From positions 1-64,000 of the IMG/VR virus record IMGVR_UViG_3300028591_000019: a stretch of DNA of 64,000 bases, one strand, 5' to 3'. This document shows positions 60,462 to 64,000 of the stretch, piece after piece. The notes beneath the pieces were generated by a model, which was given only the letters and a program-made list of their open reading frames with translations, was not told the origin of the DNA and ran no database searches. Position 1 is the first letter of the stretch. The number at the start of each line of letters is the position of its first letter. Source of the stretch: a virus. Lineage: Duplodnaviria > Caudoviricetes. Made by a program: the position numbers and the translations under genes.

Positions 60462-60905
60462 TCATAGTGTCACAAGATAGAGGAAGTCTCCTCGACCGCT
60501 TCTGCTGTTGCCGTAACAATATCCTTGTATATATGTTGCTCCACCCGCCACAAATGAAACATTATTGTAGGTGTTGTATCTGCCGACCGAGTTTGTAGAA
60601 CCAGTATTCTGATACTGCGAATCGTTCACATACAATCTCCATCTGCAATAGGTAATGTAGTTACCGCTTCCCGCTGTGTTCATATTACTGGTTGCCAACA
60701 CATAGATATTCCCAGTAAATGACTTCTTGCAGTAGAACTGCCTAGATGTCGAATCATACGAAAAGTATTCTGGGTTGAAGCTTTCTTTAACATTCGTTGA
60801 CGGTATCGTGTATGTGCTTCCGCTCATTTGACCGTAGAATGCAAGAACTGGCAACCCTGTTAAATCTGTTAAAGAAGCCTGTGGTACGTTAATAATTCCT
60901 GTCAT
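60462..60905 (-). CDS. Small tail-tip/receptor-binding-like protein
   Basis: 147 aa, rich in Tyr/Ser/Asn/Gly/Thr, beta-type; last gene of the tail operon. Confidence 0.45.
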   Translation of the reverse strand: MTGIINVPQASLTDLTGLPVLAFYGQMSGSTYTIPSTNVKESFNPEYFSYDSTSRQFYCKKSFTGNIYVLATSNMNTAGSGNYITYCRWRLYVNDSQYQNTGSTNSVGRYNTYNNVSFVAGGATYIQGYCYGNSRSGRGDFLYLVTL

Positions 60906-60909
60906 ATCT

Positions 60910-61341
60910 TTAAGCTGTTGCGGTCATAAAGAAACCGCATTGTGTTCCGCACGTTCCGCTACCGTCAATCGTTACCGTCATTACGAACGTATCTCCTGCC
61001 TTAAAACTCGCAGTCGCAGACGATGTTCCGCTACCAGTTGCTGTAACTGTCCCGCTTACTATCGTTGTTGTTGTGCCAGACGATGTCTTCTTAAAAGAAT
61101 AATCTACGCTTCGACCAGAACCGCCAGAACCCTGTCTATAGCTTCCCTTTCCGTATACAACAATATCGGCAGAGAAGTCTTTCAGTACAGTAAACGTGCC
61201 AGACGAATAGGATAAGTAATCATGGGCATATCCGTAAACCGTATTGTTCCATGTCGCAGATGACGTAGTGGATTCTCTCCCGTAATAGCAAATCAACCCT
61301 TCAAAATTCAAGCCACCTAGCGGAATAAATCCAGTTGCCAT
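60910..61341 (-). CDS. Small tail-tip/receptor-binding-like protein
   Basis: 143 aa, Ser/Gly/Thr-rich; N-terminus MATGFI resembles the neighbour's MTGII. Confidence 0.45.
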   Translation of the reverse strand: MATGFIPLGGLNFEGLICYYGRESTTSSATWNNTVYGYAHDYLSYSSGTFTVLKDFSADIVVYGKGSYRQGSGGSGRSVDYSFKKTSSGTTTTIVSGTVTATGSGTSSATASFKAGDTFVMTVTIDGSGTCGTQCGFFMTATA

Positions 61342-61344
61342 ACA

Positions 61345-61587
61345 TTATTGCTCCTGCGGTTCGTCTTCTGGAATTACTATCCTGTTATCTACTGCGCTGT
61401 CACGAACCATTCCATTCGCATCTATAACCATGCATTGCACATAATCAATCGTTGGCACATGACCGTATCCATATGCTCCAAGGTATGCGTGGAAGCCTTG
61501 ACGAGCGGCTTCAAGCGTTTCGTGTACAACGACTCCTTTCGTGTATACCCCATCTGTTGACCTTTGAACTTGCACAAGAAAAAACAT
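61345..61587 (-). CDS. Small tail-fibre-associated protein
   Basis: 80 aa between fibre genes. Confidence 0.5.
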   Translation of the reverse strand: MFFLVQVQRSTDGVYTKGVVVHETLEAARQGFHAYLGAYGYGHVPTIDYVQCMVIDANGMVRDSAVDNRIVIPEDEPQEQ

Positions 61588-61604
61588 ATCATCTCTCTCC
61601 CCTA

Positions 61605-62855
61605 TTAATTATCTTTCTTTATTAGCAAAACATTCGCTGTTGTCGCTGACGAACACGTTCCGTTTAGAACAAGAGAACCGCTCGATGTTGTCCAGTTAAT
61701 CTGTGAAGTAATAGCTGACGGATTCGCAAACACACAGTTTGCGACAACATGGTCTGCCGTAATGCTTGCATCCGTGACAGTAGCAAAGTCTCCTGTCGTT
61801 GCTGAACACGCAACACTTGCAAAGTACAAATTACTGCTTGAAGAACTGGATGCTGTTTCGGCATTTGTCCATATCCTTATCTCTCCATTTGAATAGTAAT
61901 ATATTGGATGCTCAACGGTTAAATTTATATTTGTAGCGTTATATGCCATGCCTAAGAAGATATAGACTTTCCCGTCTTCACTACTTGGCAATGATTGCGT
62001 ATACCCATCCATTTTTACCCCGCCGCCAGTTTGCGGAGTGCATTGCAGGTATACTGGCGCAGGATAGTTTAGCGTTAAAGCAGAACCAGTTGTATTAAAT
62101 GAATAACCCAACAGCAACGCATATTGTTGATAAAGAACCCCATTAGCAATATTGCTCCCCGCCGTCTGTGTCCCATTAGCGGTGCAATATAAAATCGCAC
62201 CAAACGGGTCAATCGTTCTTGTGTTTGGTGTCCTAGCCGCCGTTGCGTTAGTAGCTGTAGATGTGTTTGCGGGTACTAAGCTTTCGCCGTCAAGAGATGT
62301 AAACCACAATCTGTACCTATATCCAGTATCGGCGGCTGTAAGCCCATAATAAAACGGGCGCAAATAGATTGTGTCTGTAGAATCAAATCCTTTGTAACAA
62401 ACCCAACAACCACCCGAAACTCTTGTCGAGTCATAAATAAACATCATTGTATAGTTGATGTTAAATATTGTAGATTCTGCTGTTGCCGCCGCCAGATTGT
62501 TATAAACAGGCTTCGCACCAAGTCCATTAATATTGATAGTGAATCCCGCCGCCGATGTTACAACACCGTTCTTTAAAACGACACACACGCCATCATAATA
62601 GGAATCTAATCCATCAATAGTTGCCGTGAATACAGTAGAAGTACTTGTGCTATCAACTGCACCATAAAGAACCCCGTTTGACATCGTTGCGTTCCCGTTA
62701 GCAACTGGAGAATTAGCATACGTTGCAGTTCCTGTTGCTTGTACTCCAGACGCTAAATGAAAAGACTTTCCAGACACAACGTCTTCTGCTGTAGCAGTAT
62801 CTCCAGTTAAATCTATAATTGTATCGTTGCCGTATACTACTTTATTGACAGCCAT
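61605..62855 (-). CDS. Tail fibre protein
   Basis: Start MAVNKVVYG at 62855; IDLTGDTATAEDV module; TININGLGAKPVY fibre motif. Confidence 0.7.
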   Translation of the reverse strand: MAVNKVVYGNDTIIDLTGDTATAEDVVSGKSFHLASGVQATGTATYANSPVANGNATMSNGVLYGAVDSTSTSTVFTATIDGLDSYYDGVCVVLKNGVVTSAAGFTININGLGAKPVYNNLAAATAESTIFNINYTMMFIYDSTRVSGGCWVCYKGFDSTDTIYLRPFYYGLTAADTGYRYRLWFTSLDGESLVPANTSTATNATAARTPNTRTIDPFGAILYCTANGTQTAGSNIANGVLYQQYALLLGYSFNTTGSALTLNYPAPVYLQCTPQTGGGVKMDGYTQSLPSSEDGKVYIFLGMAYNATNINLTVEHPIYYYSNGEIRIWTNAETASSSSSSNLYFASVACSATTGDFATVTDASITADHVVANCVFANPSAITSQINWTTSSGSLVLNGTCSSATTANVLLIKKDN

Positions 62856-62868
62856 ATATGCGTTCTCC

Positions 62869-63465
62869 TTATGACGGAGCAACAGTACCGATTGTTACAG
62901 TCTTACCACCCGCCGCATTATCTGTTTCCGTGTACGCAATTGCGTTAACAGTTACTTGCGTATAGTAATCGTAATCGCCATCACCAGACGGTAAATATGT
63001 CTTTGCCGTTGTGTATGGAGTTACAGTTTTTGCCGTTGCCTTTTGGTCACCAGAACCAGTATATGTTCCTATTACACCAAGAATCGGAACGCCGTTCCTA
63101 ATATTCCCCGCAATTATCTTTGCCTGTTCCGTAGAATCGATACTAACCGTCCCAGTACCGTCATGGTATCCGTTCTGAATCGTGTATGTCCCCGCAACTG
63201 TTGAAATCGTACCCGATACCGAACCACGATTCGGCATTGTGCCAGTCAGTTCAACACCATTCTTATACGCTGTCTTTCCTGCAAGGATTTCAGCCGCTGT
63301 AGCTGTCGCATCGGAAGTATCCGCATCGTAAGTACACGTTCCTGTGCTTGTTGCACCGCTTGGAAGATGAAATATCTTCCCTTCTAATACATCGGACGCT
63401 GTTACGTCATCGCCTGTTAGGTCAATAAGCGTCTGATTGCCGAATATAACCTTATTGATAGCCAT
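62869..63465 (-). CDS. Tail fibre-associated protein (paralogous N-terminus with the neighbour)
   Basis: MAINKVIFGNQTLIDLTGDDVTASDVL, EILAGKTAY..G..LTGTM repeats. Confidence 0.65.
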   Translation of the reverse strand: MAINKVIFGNQTLIDLTGDDVTASDVLEGKIFHLPSGATSTGTCTYDADTSDATATAAEILAGKTAYKNGVELTGTMPNRGSVSGTISTVAGTYTIQNGYHDGTGTVSIDSTEQAKIIAGNIRNGVPILGVIGTYTGSGDQKATAKTVTPYTTAKTYLPSGDGDYDYYTQVTVNAIAYTETDNAAGGKTVTIGTVAPS

Positions 63466-63483
63466 ATCTATCAGTTATCTCCC

Positions 63484-63951
63484 TTATCCTATAGTTGCGG
63501 TTTCCCCGCCCTTAATATTGCTGACTTCCGTCAGAGGTATAGACAATACAGTTACGTCATCGTCCATAACAAGGTTCTGCGTTTCCATTGTCTGTTCATA
63601 TGTTCTTGGTGTTGCGCTGTAAGACCCCATATAATGCTCGTATTCACCGCCGCCGCCCGTAGAAGAGACGATATCTCCCTTCCACATAGCTACCATCGTG
63701 GACTGGTTGCTTCCCATCCATATGCACCATACGGCATCTCCGACAGATGCATCGGATAGCGATGATGCGTATGGAATACGCATTTCATAGTCATCAAAAG
63801 CGTCCTTAACCCCTATCTTTCCGTCAGACGGGGCAGACGATACCATATACAGTTTCGACCGCATACAGTTGTCTGTCATCCGCTTCGTAACGGACTCGAT
63901 AATAGGGGTTAAGTTCTTCGCTATCTTTACTGCTTCTGCGTTAGTGTTCAT
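63484..63951 (-). CDS. Tail/baseplate-associated protein
   Basis: C-terminal YMGSYSATP...DVTVLSIP..EVSNIKGGETATIG fibre-junction module. Confidence 0.55.
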   Translation of the reverse strand: MNTNAEAVKIAKNLTPIIESVTKRMTDNCMRSKLYMVSSAPSDGKIGVKDAFDDYEMRIPYASSLSDASVGDAVWCIWMGSNQSTMVAMWKGDIVSSTGGGGEYEHYMGSYSATPRTYEQTMETQNLVMDDDVTVLSIPLTEVSNIKGGETATIG

Positions 63952-64000
63952 TGCACCTTATTTCTTGGCTGTCGGTTCTTTCTTCTGAAGAAGCTGAACG

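Noticed and set aside
60462-64000. Diversity-generating retroelement acting on tail-tip genes
   Set aside because: No reverse transcriptase and no adenine-variant TR/VR pair were seen in the window; one could lie outside it.
1-64000. Stop-codon reassignment or introns/inteins in core genes
   Set aside because: Core genes (terL, portal, capsid, dnaB, recT, int) translate at expected lengths in the standard code despite the phage tRNA-Gln.

Overview
This window is most of a temperate, long-tailed (siphovirus-like) dsDNA phage, probably infecting a Firmicutes host (Clostridia-like). It is seen in its excised/circular form, because attP (29031-29054, the 3' end of a tRNA-Leu) is intact and has integrase arm-type repeats on both sides. 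Left half, minus strand, read from 26.6 kb leftwards: cro-like HTH, tRNA-Gln(UUG) embedded in structured non-coding DNA, YqaJ/DUF1351/RecT, two SSBs, replication initiator with iterons, DnaB, RuvC-like resolvase, Com-like zinc finger, terminases, portal, protease/scaffold, decoration protein, major capsid, neck, tail tube and tape measure (runs off the left edge). The head-tail gene order resembles SPbeta-like phages. Centre, plus strand: CI-like repressor, second XRE regulator, tyrosine integrase and attP. From 29.9 to 60.1 kb lies a ~30 kb accessory block of about 90 small genes diverging from a non-coding gap at 37.6-38.4 kb. Right end, minus strand: tail-fibre/tail-tip genes. The most striking unexplained structure is a terminator-bounded 13 kb block (39.4-52.6 kb) directly downstream of a sigma-70-like gene. 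In it, 10 copies of TGTAGTAA-N11-GTGACTC(T/A), with exact spacing, sit upstream of small genes that include anti-defence-type families (ArdC, YodL, DUF3849-like, DUF4313, GP88, and an NLTPH protein resembling Crn4 ring nucleases). This looks like a private sigma regulon for an anti-defence island. Other highlights are a promoter-to-terminator sRNA candidate displaying an anti-Shine-Dalgarno loop, tandem covarying hairpins after the tRNA, a second XerC-like recombinase, and apparent restriction-site avoidance. All family assignments come from motif recognition by eye; no database searches were run.
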